Assembly: GCA_964560525.1 (NCBI GenBank)
Contig: CAZLLO010000001.1
Location: 6,656-70,655, forward strand
Length of the DNA stretch: 64,000 nt
From: an uncultured Candidatus Saccharibacteria bacterium
Lineage (GTDB): Bacteria; Patescibacteriota; Dojkabacteria; SC72
Direction: 5' to 3'
Shown here: one piece after another, positions 48,864 to 59,741 of the stretch
How the letters are laid out: each line of letters starts with the position of its first letter
How positions within the stretch are numbered: position 1 is the first letter of the stretch
Position numbers and translations under genes: made by a program
Notes under the pieces: generated by a model
What the model was told of the DNA's origin: nothing
What the model saw: only the letters and a program-made list of their open reading frames with translations
Databases searched by the model: none

Positions 48864-51017
48864 TTACAACTCTTCCAAAGGTTCTAACACCTCTTCTACC
48901 TTAACTTTCTTAACCTTTTTCTCTTGTACTACTTTCTTCAAAACAATACCCTTTATCAATATATCCTCTTTCTTAACAATTATATTTGCTACACTTTTCT
49001 CATCAACCAATACCCAATCAGAATTCAATACTGCAATCTCATACACACCTTTTGCAACAAAGAAACGATACCTACCATTCTCATCAGTAACCCTTTTCGA
49101 AACTAACTTTCCAAATTCCATTTCTTTCAATCCAATAGTTATACCTGCTAAACGTCTACCCGAGATATCTTTTACTACACCAAATTTCTCTCTCCTGTTA
49201 AATAGTGAGAAGAAAAGTATAACAAGAGAGGGAATGTATAGAATAATAACAAGATAGTTGTACCAGATATTGTTAACTGACAAAGCATAGATACTAAATA
49301 CTAAACCAACAAGAAAAAGAAGAATGTGTAATGACTTCCATAATACCTTTGAACCAAAAGCCAATTGACTAAATATTCTTTTAAATTCACCCATCTTCTT
49401 TAAATCCATAGGAATTGAGAAATTGGGAATAACACCCTTAGAAGTATAGAACTCTTGACCCTGATATACATTCTCTAATGGAAAATCTGTCTTTCCAAAG
49501 ACTATCTTAGATGGAAAATCATAATCCTTTGAGGCAGTCTTAATTACATATTCGCCTGGTACAACCTTATTGGTTCTAAAATACCCATCCCTGTCTGTAA
49601 CATCTGTCCATATCAATACACTATTCTCATTAAAGATTCTTACAACACATTGAGATATTGGTTCCTTAGTAACAGAATCATATACATATCCAGTAGGATG
49701 ACCTTTTTTTCTGAAACCCAAAAGGCTTGAGATAGCTAAAAATATTTGAAGAATGATATATGGCAAAGTACCCAAGCCACCCAAAAGAATTCCCATCCCT
49801 AGTAATATATTTCCAAGAGTAATGGTAATTGTTAGTTGTTGTAGAGAAGTATTATTGATTTTCCCAATAGTGTTTTGCATAAACTCATTGGTACTCTCAA
49901 CAATATTATTCACAACATCCTTTATCTGCTCAATAATTGGAACAACTGGTTTCTCTGGTGTACCAGTAGCAGGGATATTTAAATATATGTTACATATTCT
50001 TGTAATGTTACCTACGCTATCAGAAGCCTCAGCACAAAAAGAATACTTAGCAAAAAGATCGTAATCAGAATTATGTTCTAGTTCCCCAAGCTTTACCTTT
50101 ACAGTCCAGATATCACCACTTACACTTTGAGTATCAATACACTCGTCAGTACTACCATCTTGTAATACACACCAAAAGCTTTTTTGGCTAACTACAATAT
50201 TATCCTTTACCCTTAATTTGAAAATTATTGTATCCTGGGCTTCCCAATCTTTCGTAGTATTATCTCCAAGTCCTGAGATACTCAAAAGCTTAACCTCGGG
50301 GCTTGAGTTATCTTGTACTGAATATACACTATTGGACCAGCTACTTTCTCCACCCCAGTTATTTTTTGCCTTTACATGATAGAAATATATCTGGCTATTT
50401 GCTAGTCCTGTAAATTCATATGATTCAGCCCCTATCCATCCACTGTCCTTAAAAACAGGAGCAAATGTTGAGGAGACACTAGATTGTATGAAGTATGTAT
50501 AGTTTCCACTAGTAATAGCCCATGACAAGGTATTTGAAAGCCCTTTTGTATATGCTGGTTCTGGAAGCAGTGTTGGAACAGCAACAGGTACAACATATAT
50601 GGTCTCACAATCCAAAATGTAAATATTGAAGCCCTCGGTAGTATCTCTTGCACATACTTCATAGGTTCCTGGGATAGAAGATTTAAATGTACCTGTAGCT
50701 CTACCATCACTATCTGATACCGCTGGTTGGGTTATAGTTACACCTAGACTACTTCCATTTACATACAAAACAATACTTCTTCCAGGTTTAGGATCTCCAT
50801 TAACATTCAACATTTGAATATTGACCGTGGCTGGCTCCAATATCTCTACATTAGTTGGAGTGATATCTAACTGTGAATACAAATCCTCAGTTATATTTGC
50901 ATTGATATCTACACCACCACCACCAGCTTCAAAGGATGTCTGTGCATAGGTATGACTCCCTAAAAGACAAAAAGCACATACAACCAATATTGTAATCAGG
51001 ACAGTTTTTAATTTCAT
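48864..51017 (-). CDS. Large surface protein with an N-terminal signal/TM, Ig/FN3-like region, multi-TM segment and two carboxypeptidase-regulatory-like domains.
   Basis: 717 aa. The CarbopepD_reg-like block GYVYDSVTKEPISQCVVRIF...DRDGYF appears twice. Confidence 0.45.
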   Translation of the reverse strand: MKLKTVLITILVVCAFCLLGSHTYAQTSFEAGGGGVDINANITEDLYSQLDITPTNVEILEPATVNIQMLNVNGDPKPGRSIVLYVNGSSLGVTITQPAVSDSDGRATGTFKSSIPGTYEVCARDTTEGFNIYILDCETIYVVPVAVPTLLPEPAYTKGLSNTLSWAITSGNYTYFIQSSVSSTFAPVFKDSGWIGAESYEFTGLANSQIYFYHVKAKNNWGGESSWSNSVYSVQDNSSPEVKLLSISGLGDNTTKDWEAQDTIIFKLRVKDNIVVSQKSFWCVLQDGSTDECIDTQSVSGDIWTVKVKLGELEHNSDYDLFAKYSFCAEASDSVGNITRICNIYLNIPATGTPEKPVVPIIEQIKDVVNNIVESTNEFMQNTIGKINNTSLQQLTITITLGNILLGMGILLGGLGTLPYIILQIFLAISSLLGFRKKGHPTGYVYDSVTKEPISQCVVRIFNENSVLIWTDVTDRDGYFRTNKVVPGEYVIKTASKDYDFPSKIVFGKTDFPLENVYQGQEFYTSKGVIPNFSIPMDLKKMGEFKRIFSQLAFGSKVLWKSLHILLFLVGLVFSIYALSVNNIWYNYLVIILYIPSLVILFFSLFNRREKFGVVKDISGRRLAGITIGLKEMEFGKLVSKRVTDENGRYRFFVAKGVYEIAVLNSDWVLVDEKSVANIIVKKEDILIKGIVLKKVVQEKKVKKVKVEEVLEPLEEL

Positions 51018-51021
51018 TCAA

Positions 51022-51630
51022 CTATATTTCTTCTACAACTTTCTTAACATATCTATCTAACGATTGGGTTAGAACCAACGATGAATACGGTTTGTCACCC
51101 AATGGCTTAACACCGCTTCTACTGTAGCAATTTTTGCATACAAGAGCAAAACTTGTAGTATCAAGATAGTTTAAGTCTTTTGTATTACCACAGTACTTAC
51201 ATTGAGAGAAATCTTCCAAGAAACCCATCTCCATCAGAAATTTAATCCTAAGCTTATTTGTAACTTCTAGTTCTAAATTACTTTTTAATGCCACCTGAAG
51301 CGCATCAAAAAGTTTTGGATATGGGTCGTAGTCCTGAAGAAATTTATTAAGTAAAAAGAGAATTCTTTGGATATTGGGGACTTCAAGCTTATCAAAATTA
51401 AGACTGGAAACAGGTGCAGATTCAGTTAGAATTGGAAGACCTTTTCCTTCGTAGAAAGCAATTTGGCTAGTACACAATGTCTGCATATTTCCCCTATTCT
51501 TACTGTTTAGTTTCCTAATACCTTTTGCAAAGAGTGTAAACTTGCCATACTCTCTTCCAAACACAGTAAGTACTTTATCTGCTTCAGAATAGTTAACCGA
51601 TTTTATTACAGTAATCGTATCTTTATTCAT
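51022..51630 (-). CDS. recO: DNA repair protein RecO.
   Basis: N-terminal OB region. C-terminal CKYCGN...CKNCY zinc motif. 202 aa. Confidence 0.6.
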   Translation of the reverse strand: MNKDTITVIKSVNYSEADKVLTVFGREYGKFTLFAKGIRKLNSKNRGNMQTLCTSQIAFYEGKGLPILTESAPVSSLNFDKLEVPNIQRILFLLNKFLQDYDPYPKLFDALQVALKSNLELEVTNKLRIKFLMEMGFLEDFSQCKYCGNTKDLNYLDTTSFALVCKNCYSRSGVKPLGDKPYSSLVLTQSLDRYVKKVVEEI

Positions 51631-52258
51631 ATACTCCTTTTCTTGTTAAGACAACAAATGGTGTCTTGAGAAATATCTTTGTATCTTCAAAGAAACTGAT
51701 ATGTGAAGCATATTTTGCTTCCAATACTATCCTATCCTTAAATTTAATATCATTTCTTCCTGAGACTTGCCAGATTCCTGTAATTCCTGGTTTTACCTTA
51801 AATATTCGTTTCAAATATCTTTTCCCCTCTGAGTATCTTCCTAAATATCTATTTATCTCCTCTTGATACATTGGACGTGGACCAACCAAAGACATATCTC
51901 CAATTAGTACATTAAGAAGTTGTGGAAGCTCATCAATATCGGTTTTTCTAATAATTTTCCCAATCCATGTGATTCTTGGATCTTCACTTATTTTTAATTT
52001 TCCATCATTTTTAAGCCATTTTTCATACTGCTGACTATCTTGTATCAATTTATGTGCCTGTGGAACCATAGATCTAAATTTGTACATACGGAAGTTCTTA
52101 CCCTTGTACCCAAGTCTTACAGGTTCTTTAACAAAAATGTTATTCATATCTGTAATCCAAATACAGAAAGAGACCACCAAGAGTAACGGGGAAAACAAAA
52201 CTAAAAGGAGAAAGGCGATTACAATATCTAATATTCTTTTAATCTTTTTGTAAGACAT
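51623..52258 (-). CDS. Polyprenyl-phosphate sugar phosphotransferase (bacterial sugar transferase family).
   Basis: N-terminal TM. KFRSM...DELPQL...GDMSLVGPRP motifs. Confidence 0.75.
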   Translation of the reverse strand: MSYKKIKRILDIVIAFLLLVLFSPLLLVVSFCIWITDMNNIFVKEPVRLGYKGKNFRMYKFRSMVPQAHKLIQDSQQYEKWLKNDGKLKISEDPRITWIGKIIRKTDIDELPQLLNVLIGDMSLVGPRPMYQEEINRYLGRYSEGKRYLKRIFKVKPGITGIWQVSGRNDIKFKDRIVLEAKYASHISFFEDTKIFLKTPFVVLTRKGVYE

Positions 52259-53423
52259 CTTTTACATAATTTTGCAGTTTATATACAAAAATCTCAGATG
52301 CAAAATTACTTGCCTGTTTTCTACAGTTATCAGGATCAAAATCAGTTGATTTGAAATTCTTTATAACCTTGTACAAAGCTTCAACATTATATTTATCAAA
52401 GAATACCCCTGTTCTTGGATTTTCTTCGGAAATACTTTCTAATGGTCCACCCTCTCTAAAAGCTATCACTGGAGTACCTGAGGCATTTGCTTCTACTGGT
52501 GTGATTCCAAAGTCTTCATGACGAACAGGGAAAAGCAACGCTTTCGCACGTGACATTAAATCGAATTTTTCTTCATCAGATACATAGCCTAAGAATTTTA
52601 CTAATCCTTTTGCATTTAAATTTTTTACTAAATTCTGTAATGCATCAAGATCATCACCTTTTCCAGCAATCTTAAGAGGAACCCCAGCCTTAACACATGC
52701 CTTTATAGCCAAACCAACACCTTTATACGTTTCCACTCTTCCTGAATACAGAAACCAATTCTCTTTCCTGTTGATCTTTTCTGACTTTTGCAGAATTTTG
52801 GTATCTACAGGAGGATATATGACGTCAGCATCCACATCGTAGTATTTCTTTATCCTTTCTTTAACAACATTGGATATAGCTATCATCTTGGTACATCTAC
52901 GTGCTGCATTTCTATCCCATCGCTGCCATATTCTTTCTAAGATGGTATTCATAAAAAAGGAATAAAAAGAAAACATAAAGCGATTAAAGCCTGTAAATTT
53001 GTTCTTGTCTTTAAGTGTTCTGCCCTCTTTTTCCCAGAAAAACTTTGGCGGAGACATACAAATATCTACATGGGGAATATTCTTTGGTCTTACAAACTTC
53101 CCAAAGGATATTGATATTGAAATAACAGCATCAAAACCTTTAAATTTGAATGATTGATATGCCCATGGATGAAGAAGTAAAGATACATATTTCAATACTG
53201 ATAGCTTCCCTGGAATGTACTGCATAAAAGAATGATGTACTTTTACATGTGGATAGTACTCTGCCGTAAACTTGGGATCATAGTATGCAGTGAAAAGTTC
53301 TGCTTTAGGAAATGCCTGTAAAATACCCCTGACATGATCTTCTGCTCCTCCTCGTTTGTATAATGGATCAGTTACTACTGCGATTTTTAAATCTGCACCC
53401 CTATTTCTTAGTTTCCTTTTCAT
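52239..53423 (-). CDS. GT1-family glycosyltransferase.
   Basis: EDFGITPVEANASGTPVIA E-x7-E motif. Confidence 0.75.
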   Translation of the reverse strand: MKRKLRNRGADLKIAVVTDPLYKRGGAEDHVRGILQAFPKAELFTAYYDPKFTAEYYPHVKVHHSFMQYIPGKLSVLKYVSLLLHPWAYQSFKFKGFDAVISISISFGKFVRPKNIPHVDICMSPPKFFWEKEGRTLKDKNKFTGFNRFMFSFYSFFMNTILERIWQRWDRNAARRCTKMIAISNVVKERIKKYYDVDADVIYPPVDTKILQKSEKINRKENWFLYSGRVETYKGVGLAIKACVKAGVPLKIAGKGDDLDALQNLVKNLNAKGLVKFLGYVSDEEKFDLMSRAKALLFPVRHEDFGITPVEANASGTPVIAFREGGPLESISEENPRTGVFFDKYNVEALYKVIKNFKSTDFDPDNCRKQASNFASEIFVYKLQNYVKDVLQKD

Positions 53424-54558
53424 GTACTTGTAATATATATTTCTCTAAATTATGTAGGAACTTTTCTTCTGAGAATTTCATGGCCTGTTTTACTATTTCT
53501 TCCCTATTATATCTTCTTTTATCAAAATCCTTAAGCAGATTAAATAATTCTTCTTCTGTTTTAAAGAATTCTCCTGTGACATGCTCGTTTACTGTCTCGA
53601 GTAGGCCACCCTCTTTTAGTGCAAATACTGGAGTACCAGCAGCCATTGCTTCTACTGGAACAATTCCAAAATCTTCTAATCCACAGAAGAGAAGTAGAGA
53701 TGCTAAAAGGAAAAGAGAAATGGCCTCATCATCACTTACGAAACCAAGGAATGTAACATTTGGATTATTATTTGCTATTTTCCTAAGATATTTTATATCT
53801 GGTCCTTCTCCCACAATTATGAGTTTTTTATTGGCTTTGATACATGTTCTAATCGCCCAATCAATTCTTTTGTAATCGTATAGCCGAGAAAGCACAAGTA
53901 CGAAGTCTTTCGGTAAATTGTACTTCTGTCTTACTTTCTCTATTTGTTCACCACTTCTTTTTTCAAAATATCTTGGCTCTATGCCTGGATATATGACAGT
54001 AGCATCTTTGCCATATGTACGCTTTATTTTTGATTGAATATATTTTGAATTTGCAGTCCAATATTTTATCCTTTTGGATATTGAAACGTCCCACATACGC
54101 ATAAAGACATCTATTATTGAAGAGATAAATAGGTATGTCTTTCGAAGTTTCAATGCTCTGAAATTATGCTCCTTATCCCACAAGCTCCTTGGAGGTGTCA
54201 TAGTCATTGCAATATGGATTTGATCAACACCTGTTATGATGCCTTTTGCAGGGCCAGCAGAAATACTTAAAACCAAATCATAGCCTTCAAGATTAAAGCT
54301 TTCATATGCCCATGGTGTGAATATTTTTAAATGCCTACTGAATGATTTCGGAAGAAAAGCAAATAGCTTTTGTACAAAGCTTGTATATACATGATTTTTT
54401 AATTCTGGATATTTTCGTTTATCAAAAAAGACGGTAAAGATATCTGCATTGGGGAATAGTTTTAACATTGAGAACATTTCGCGGTCTGCGCCACCAAACC
54501 CTGTCATCTGGTCGGCCACAATAGCTACTCTTGGAAATACTTTTTCTAATGTTGTCAT
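53401..54558 (-). CDS. GT1-family glycosyltransferase.
   Basis: EDFGIVPVEAMAAGTPVFA motif. Confidence 0.75.
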   Translation of the reverse strand: MTTLEKVFPRVAIVADQMTGFGGADREMFSMLKLFPNADIFTVFFDKRKYPELKNHVYTSFVQKLFAFLPKSFSRHLKIFTPWAYESFNLEGYDLVLSISAGPAKGIITGVDQIHIAMTMTPPRSLWDKEHNFRALKLRKTYLFISSIIDVFMRMWDVSISKRIKYWTANSKYIQSKIKRTYGKDATVIYPGIEPRYFEKRSGEQIEKVRQKYNLPKDFVLVLSRLYDYKRIDWAIRTCIKANKKLIIVGEGPDIKYLRKIANNNPNVTFLGFVSDDEAISLFLLASLLLFCGLEDFGIVPVEAMAAGTPVFALKEGGLLETVNEHVTGEFFKTEEELFNLLKDFDKRRYNREEIVKQAMKFSEEKFLHNLEKYILQVHEKETKK

Positions 54559-54564
54559 CTGAGA

Positions 54565-55080
54565 TTATAACTCAGGAACCTCCCCACCACCAAATTCTTC
54601 AAAATCATCTGTTGTTGTATCGTCTTCTTCGTCTAATTGCTCAAGTGCTTTTGAAAGCTCATCATCATCTAATGCTTCAACCTTTGGAGGATTCTCCTCC
54701 CCATCATCATCACTTGGGAATATAACGTCTAAACCAGTATCATCATCATTCGTAGGATCTATGCCACCATCATTAAGATTTACATCATCTCCACCCATCA
54801 AGATAATGTTTGGTTGTTCTTCCTCTTCTTCTTCAGGCGTTCCTTCTTGTGCAGAAACATTTACTTCTGTTAATTTCTTCTTTGCAAGTAATATCTGTTC
54901 CTCGGCTTCTTCTCCAAATTTCTCAACAACATTTATAACCCGCATTGGTTTACCACAATCAGGGCAAAGTACTACTTGATTTACCTCTTCACCACAATCA
55001 GGACATGAAAGCACAACCATATGCACACTCTTATGTGTGGGGACTAACTGGTCTTTTGGTTTTTTCTTGATATCTGACAT
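54565..55080 (-). CDS. Zinc-ribbon protein with an extremely acidic C-terminal tail.
   Basis: CPDCG...CPDCG, then about 100 residues rich in D and E. Confidence 0.45.
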   Translation of the reverse strand: MSDIKKKPKDQLVPTHKSVHMVVLSCPDCGEEVNQVVLCPDCGKPMRVINVVEKFGEEAEEQILLAKKKLTEVNVSAQEGTPEEEEEEQPNIILMGGDDVNLNDGGIDPTNDDDTGLDVIFPSDDDGEENPPKVEALDDDELSKALEQLDEEDDTTTDDFEEFGGGEVPEL

Positions 55081-55163
55081 TAGAGTAGTTAATGAATCTT
55101 GTTATCTAATGAATAGTATAAGTGTTGTGCGGAAACTGTCAAGAAACCCATAGCAACAGTATT

Positions 55164-58082
55164 TTAGCCATACTTAGGATAGCAACATTTTTTGTATTTT
55201 TTCCCACTACCACAAGGACAAGGGTCATTTCGACCAACTTTTTTGTTCTTCTGTATAGTTTTTTGCTTAGCAATTTTACCTGGTCTTTTGTCTTCTTCTT
55301 GGTTCGTATTCATAGCTGCTTGCTCTATTCTTGGAGCTAATCTGACTCTAAAGAATCTAGTAACTACAGATTCGTCTATCTTTTTTAACATATCATCAAA
55401 CATTTGGAATCCCTCATTTTTGTACTCTACTAAAGGATCTCTTTGAGCTAGATTTCTTAAAGAAATACCCTCTCGAAGATCTGTCATCGTATCTAGGTGC
55501 TCCATCCAGAATCTGTCATATGCTTCAAGAATGAGCATTCTAGCAAGTGCTTTCATTGGCTCCACCCCGATTGCATACATATGAATAATCATAGAAAGAA
55601 GAATCAACTGTTTTACCTCTTTCAATTTCTCAACATTACTCATACCTTCTAACTTTCTGAAGAACTCTGCTTCATTCTTGTGTCCCAATTCTTTGACAGC
55701 CATTCCGAAGAGCTCTTCTGTTAGTAAGTTCTTTATCTGAATATATAGCTTTCTCTCTTCAACATTGTCTATCTCCTTGTCATCTTGTAATTCAGATGCA
55801 AAAAGGAAATCCACATATTCTAATTCTTTCTTAAGTATCCACTTCTCAAGAGGAGAATATATATATTTGAAATCTTCTAACTCAGAAATATTCCAGCTTT
55901 CTTCTTTAGTAAAGGAGAAACCATCCAAACTATCTTGCAGATTATCAATATCTGTTGCCTTAGCTTTTTCGATATCATTCTTTAGAGAAGTTTTAGAGAT
56001 TTCAAACTTCGGAGTTGTATCAGCTTGAAGAAGTTTTCGTCTGAGAGTATATATTATTTCCCTTTGTTGATTTAATACATCATCATATTCAACAAGGTTT
56101 TTACGAATATCATAGTTGTATGCTTCTACTTTTTTCTGAGCATTTTCTATGGTCTTCCCTAATATCCCAATTTCAATAGGTGTTTCATCATCTAGTCCTA
56201 CCTGAGTCATTAGCATTTGCATTCTATCTCCTCCAAAGAGTCGCATTAGTTCGTCCTCAAAAGAAACATAGAATCTAGATTCTCCTGGGTCTCCTTGTCT
56301 TCCAGATCTTCCTCTTAACTGGTTGTCAATTCTTCTTGATTCATGTCTTTCAGAACCAATGACATACAAACCACCTAAGTCAGTTACTCCTTCTCCTAGT
56401 GCAATATCTGTACCTCTACCTGCCATATTAGTAGCGATAGTTACAGCACCTTTTTGTCCTGCTTCAGATATAACATGAGCTTCTCTTTCATGTTGTTTAG
56501 CGTTCAATACGTTGTGTTTGATTCCATCTTTCAGAAGCATATCTGATATTCTTTCGGATTTCTCCACTGAAGTAGTACCAACCAATACTGGTTGACCATT
56601 TTCATGGTGTGTTTTGATATCTTCCACTATGGCCCTGAACTTGCCATCCTCGCTCCTGTAGACTAGATCTACATGATCTTTCCTAACTACTTGCCTATTT
56701 GTAGGTACAACGATGGTATCAAGCTTGTAAATTGATGAGAACTCTTCTGCTTCTGTTAAAGCTGTAGCTGTCATTCCAGAGAGATACTTGTAAAGCCTAA
56801 AGAAGTTTTGCAAAGTAATTGTAGCCATTGTCTTAGATTCTCGTTTAACTTCGACACCTTCTTTTGCTTCTATTGCTTGATGTAGTCCCTCACTATATCT
56901 CCTTCCCTCCATTGCTCTTCCTGTAAATTCATCAACGATGAGGATTTCACCATTCCTAATCATGTATTCGTCATCAAGTTTGTACAACTCTTTTGCCTTC
57001 AATGCATTATCCAAATGATATGCTAACTGTGCATTTTCATAGACATTTTTTACACCCAAGAGCTTTTCGGTATAGTCAATTCCTTCATCTGTTAAAGAAA
57101 CAGAATGGGACTTTTCATCTACAACATAGTGTTTTTCGTTTTGTAGCTGGTTAGCTACTGTAGCAAACTGTTTGTACAAAGTATTGGCGGTTTGAGCGTT
57201 GGTAGAAATAATCAAAGGAGTACGAGCTTCATCAATTAAAATTGAGTCAGCCTCATCTACGATTACAAAATATTTAGGACCTTGAACTCTCTCTTCAAGG
57301 GTTCTCGCCATATTGTCTCTAAGGTAATCAAATCCAAATTCATTGTTAGTACCATATACCACATCACATGCATAAACTTCCTGTTTGCTACATTCAATCA
57401 TATTAACTCCAGACATATGATCATACTTTAGTCGTCCATTTGCTTTAGCTTTTTCATCTCTTTCTTTAAGAAGTGCTTTCCCTTCATCTCCTTTTAACTT
57501 AAGTACTTCGTCATCTGTTATGAATTTGTACTGTTTACCTGAGTTAATGGCTCCAACTGTGATACCAAGAGCATTTAAGATATGGCCATTCCATTCTGCA
57601 TCTCTTCTTGCAAGATAGTCATTTACAGTTACTAAGTGTGCACCTCTCCCTGTTAAACCATACAAATAAAGTGGAAGATTAGCTGCTAATGTTTTTCCTT
57701 CTCCTGTAAAGAGTTCTGCAATCTTGTTATCAAACAAAACATATCCAGCCATCATTTGAACATCAAAATGTCTGTGGTTTGCAACTCTTTTTGAAGCTTC
57801 CCTTACAACGGCAAATGCCTCTGGAAGGATGTCATACAACTTCTTCTTCTCTTCTTCGAGTTTAACTCTTAATTCTTCTGTTTTTAGTGTTTCAAATTCC
57901 TTTCTAGCTGTTTCTAAGTCTACATTTAGTATCTTTCTAAATGATGCTGTTTTCTTTCTTAATTCTTCATCTGAAAGTTTTCCAAAGTCCTCTTCAAAGG
58001 AGTTTATTTTCTCTATTATGGGTTGGATTTTGTTTAATTGTTTTTCGTTAGAATCGAAAAGGTTTGCAAAAAATTTCAACAT
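55164..58082 (-). CDS. secA: Preprotein translocase ATPase SecA.
   Basis: 972 aa. DEAD-like motor motifs. C-terminal zinc finger CPCGSGKKYKKCC. Confidence 0.9.
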   Translation of the reverse strand: MLKFFANLFDSNEKQLNKIQPIIEKINSFEEDFGKLSDEELRKKTASFRKILNVDLETARKEFETLKTEELRVKLEEEKKKLYDILPEAFAVVREASKRVANHRHFDVQMMAGYVLFDNKIAELFTGEGKTLAANLPLYLYGLTGRGAHLVTVNDYLARRDAEWNGHILNALGITVGAINSGKQYKFITDDEVLKLKGDEGKALLKERDEKAKANGRLKYDHMSGVNMIECSKQEVYACDVVYGTNNEFGFDYLRDNMARTLEERVQGPKYFVIVDEADSILIDEARTPLIISTNAQTANTLYKQFATVANQLQNEKHYVVDEKSHSVSLTDEGIDYTEKLLGVKNVYENAQLAYHLDNALKAKELYKLDDEYMIRNGEILIVDEFTGRAMEGRRYSEGLHQAIEAKEGVEVKRESKTMATITLQNFFRLYKYLSGMTATALTEAEEFSSIYKLDTIVVPTNRQVVRKDHVDLVYRSEDGKFRAIVEDIKTHHENGQPVLVGTTSVEKSERISDMLLKDGIKHNVLNAKQHEREAHVISEAGQKGAVTIATNMAGRGTDIALGEGVTDLGGLYVIGSERHESRRIDNQLRGRSGRQGDPGESRFYVSFEDELMRLFGGDRMQMLMTQVGLDDETPIEIGILGKTIENAQKKVEAYNYDIRKNLVEYDDVLNQQREIIYTLRRKLLQADTTPKFEISKTSLKNDIEKAKATDIDNLQDSLDGFSFTKEESWNISELEDFKYIYSPLEKWILKKELEYVDFLFASELQDDKEIDNVEERKLYIQIKNLLTEELFGMAVKELGHKNEAEFFRKLEGMSNVEKLKEVKQLILLSMIIHMYAIGVEPMKALARMLILEAYDRFWMEHLDTMTDLREGISLRNLAQRDPLVEYKNEGFQMFDDMLKKIDESVVTRFFRVRLAPRIEQAAMNTNQEEDKRPGKIAKQKTIQKNKKVGRNDPCPCGSGKKYKKCCYPKYG

Positions 58083-58150
58083 ATTCCGATTATATCACTT
58101 AAATTACGTATTTTCAGAAATATTTAATTTCTATTTCGTATCCTTTATAT

Positions 58151-59161
58151 ATGCAAAAACTCCTCTCAAAATTCTTAAGTACCATGTTTTTTACCTTGGT
58201 TTTTGCATCTCCCTGTTTTGCAGATGTTATTCTAACATATCCTACAGACAATACTACTGTTAATACTGATTCTGTAACATTTAAATGGGAAAATACTGAT
58301 ACAACAGATAGCTACTGCTATGCTGTTGAGGTTGGTCCATATGTAGAAGACGACAATTATTGGAGTCCTAGAATCGGCCTAGAAACAGTCAACACCACTA
58401 CATATACATATGTCCTGTCTGACAGCTATATTGGCAAGCTAAAGTGGTGGCTAAGGTATGGCATCTATGACGGAACTAAGTGTGAGAAAAGATATTCCTC
58501 TACCATTAGCGCTTTCGCTTTTAAACCAACAGAACAAGTTACACAGATAATTGAAAAAGAGCCTCTTCCTTTGGTAAAGGGAGAATCTACAATTAAGAAA
58601 CCTGAGGTGGTTGTAAAAAAAGAAGAGATTGTTAAGCCTAAGGTTTCCACAAAAGATACAATCAAGAAGAAACCCTTTGTTTTCCCGCTTTCTACCATCA
58701 CGGGAGTTACCCAATGGCATGGAAATACCACATATCAAAAACCACATAAAGGTATAGATTTTGGGGCTACAAAACAAACTGTTGTTGCAGTAGCAAAAGG
58801 TACTGTTGTAGGGAAAGGTTGGGATAGTACAAAAGGAGATTGTTTCTCTGGTGGTAATTATGTCCTCATACAACAAAACAATGGTATGTATACTGCATAC
58901 TTTCATTTAAAATCCATTAGCGTAGATGTTGGACAGAAAGTAAAAGCTAGTCAGACAATTGGAGTGTCTGGAAATACTGGGACTTGGAATTGTCAGCCAT
59001 TAGCCTACCACCTTCATTTTGAAACAAGAAAAGAAAGAGCCCAAAGTTCTCATGTAAATCCTGTTGAATACATATCTGTTGATTGGAACATAGTTACGAC
59101 TTTAAATTCAAAAACCAACCCTGGAAGATTAAGTGGGGATAATCCACACCCAGGTACTTAA
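58151..59161 (+). CDS. M23-family metallopeptidase with signal peptide.
   Basis: HKGIDFGA (HxxxD) and HLHFE (HxH) motifs. Confidence 0.75.
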   Translation: MQKLLSKFLSTMFFTLVFASPCFADVILTYPTDNTTVNTDSVTFKWENTDTTDSYCYAVEVGPYVEDDNYWSPRIGLETVNTTTYTYVLSDSYIGKLKWWLRYGIYDGTKCEKRYSSTISAFAFKPTEQVTQIIEKEPLPLVKGESTIKKPEVVVKKEEIVKPKVSTKDTIKKKPFVFPLSTITGVTQWHGNTTYQKPHKGIDFGATKQTVVAVAKGTVVGKGWDSTKGDCFSGGNYVLIQQNNGMYTAYFHLKSISVDVGQKVKASQTIGVSGNTGTWNCQPLAYHLHFETRKERAQSSHVNPVEYISVDWNIVTTLNSKTNPGRLSGDNPHPGT

Positions 59162-59177
59162 ATTGAGCCATATTTGT

Positions 59178-59741
59178 ATGACAAAGTTACTTACAGTAAT
59201 AGCGATTGTATGGCAATTAATAACAGGAGAAACAGAGAGATACCAAGTAGTGGGTATTACAAGTCCTCAGCAGATGGTATGGGTTAATCCATATACTGTC
59301 GTTTTTGCTGTTGACGGGAATATTACTAAAGTTAATGTATTTACAAAATCAACAGAATATATTGGAAATATAGAGCCAAATGTTTTTATAGGGGTAAGTA
59401 ATAATAAAGAATTGCAATATTGTACAATTAAACATTATCTCATTACCTCAAGAGATCAATTTTCAACCATATTTGAAATTGATGGAAAAGAGTTAAAGTT
59501 TTTTGAGACTATTCGACCCATTCATTGGCAAGGAAATATTATGATTGCACAGACGGCTCTAGATTTCCTAGAGCAACATTACTACGAAATAGACACGGAC
59601 AACGGGGACATGAAAGAAATTCCACATCCTCCCATGCTTAGAAATAAAGCAGCATACATTGAAGAAGATATACCAGGAGATATTTATGTGAATTACAATG
59701 CAAGAGAATATTTTAAATTCTTCTTCTTACATTTTGACTAA
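59178..59741 (+). CDS. Secreted hypothetical protein.
   Basis: ORF with a signal-like N-terminus from the internal Met (MTKLLTVIAIV). Confidence 0.35.
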   Translation: MTKLLTVIAIVWQLITGETERYQVVGITSPQQMVWVNPYTVVFAVDGNITKVNVFTKSTEYIGNIEPNVFIGVSNNKELQYCTIKHYLITSRDQFSTIFEIDGKELKFFETIRPIHWQGNIMIAQTALDFLEQHYYEIDTDNGDMKEIPHPPMLRNKAAYIEEDIPGDIYVNYNAREYFKFFFLHFD

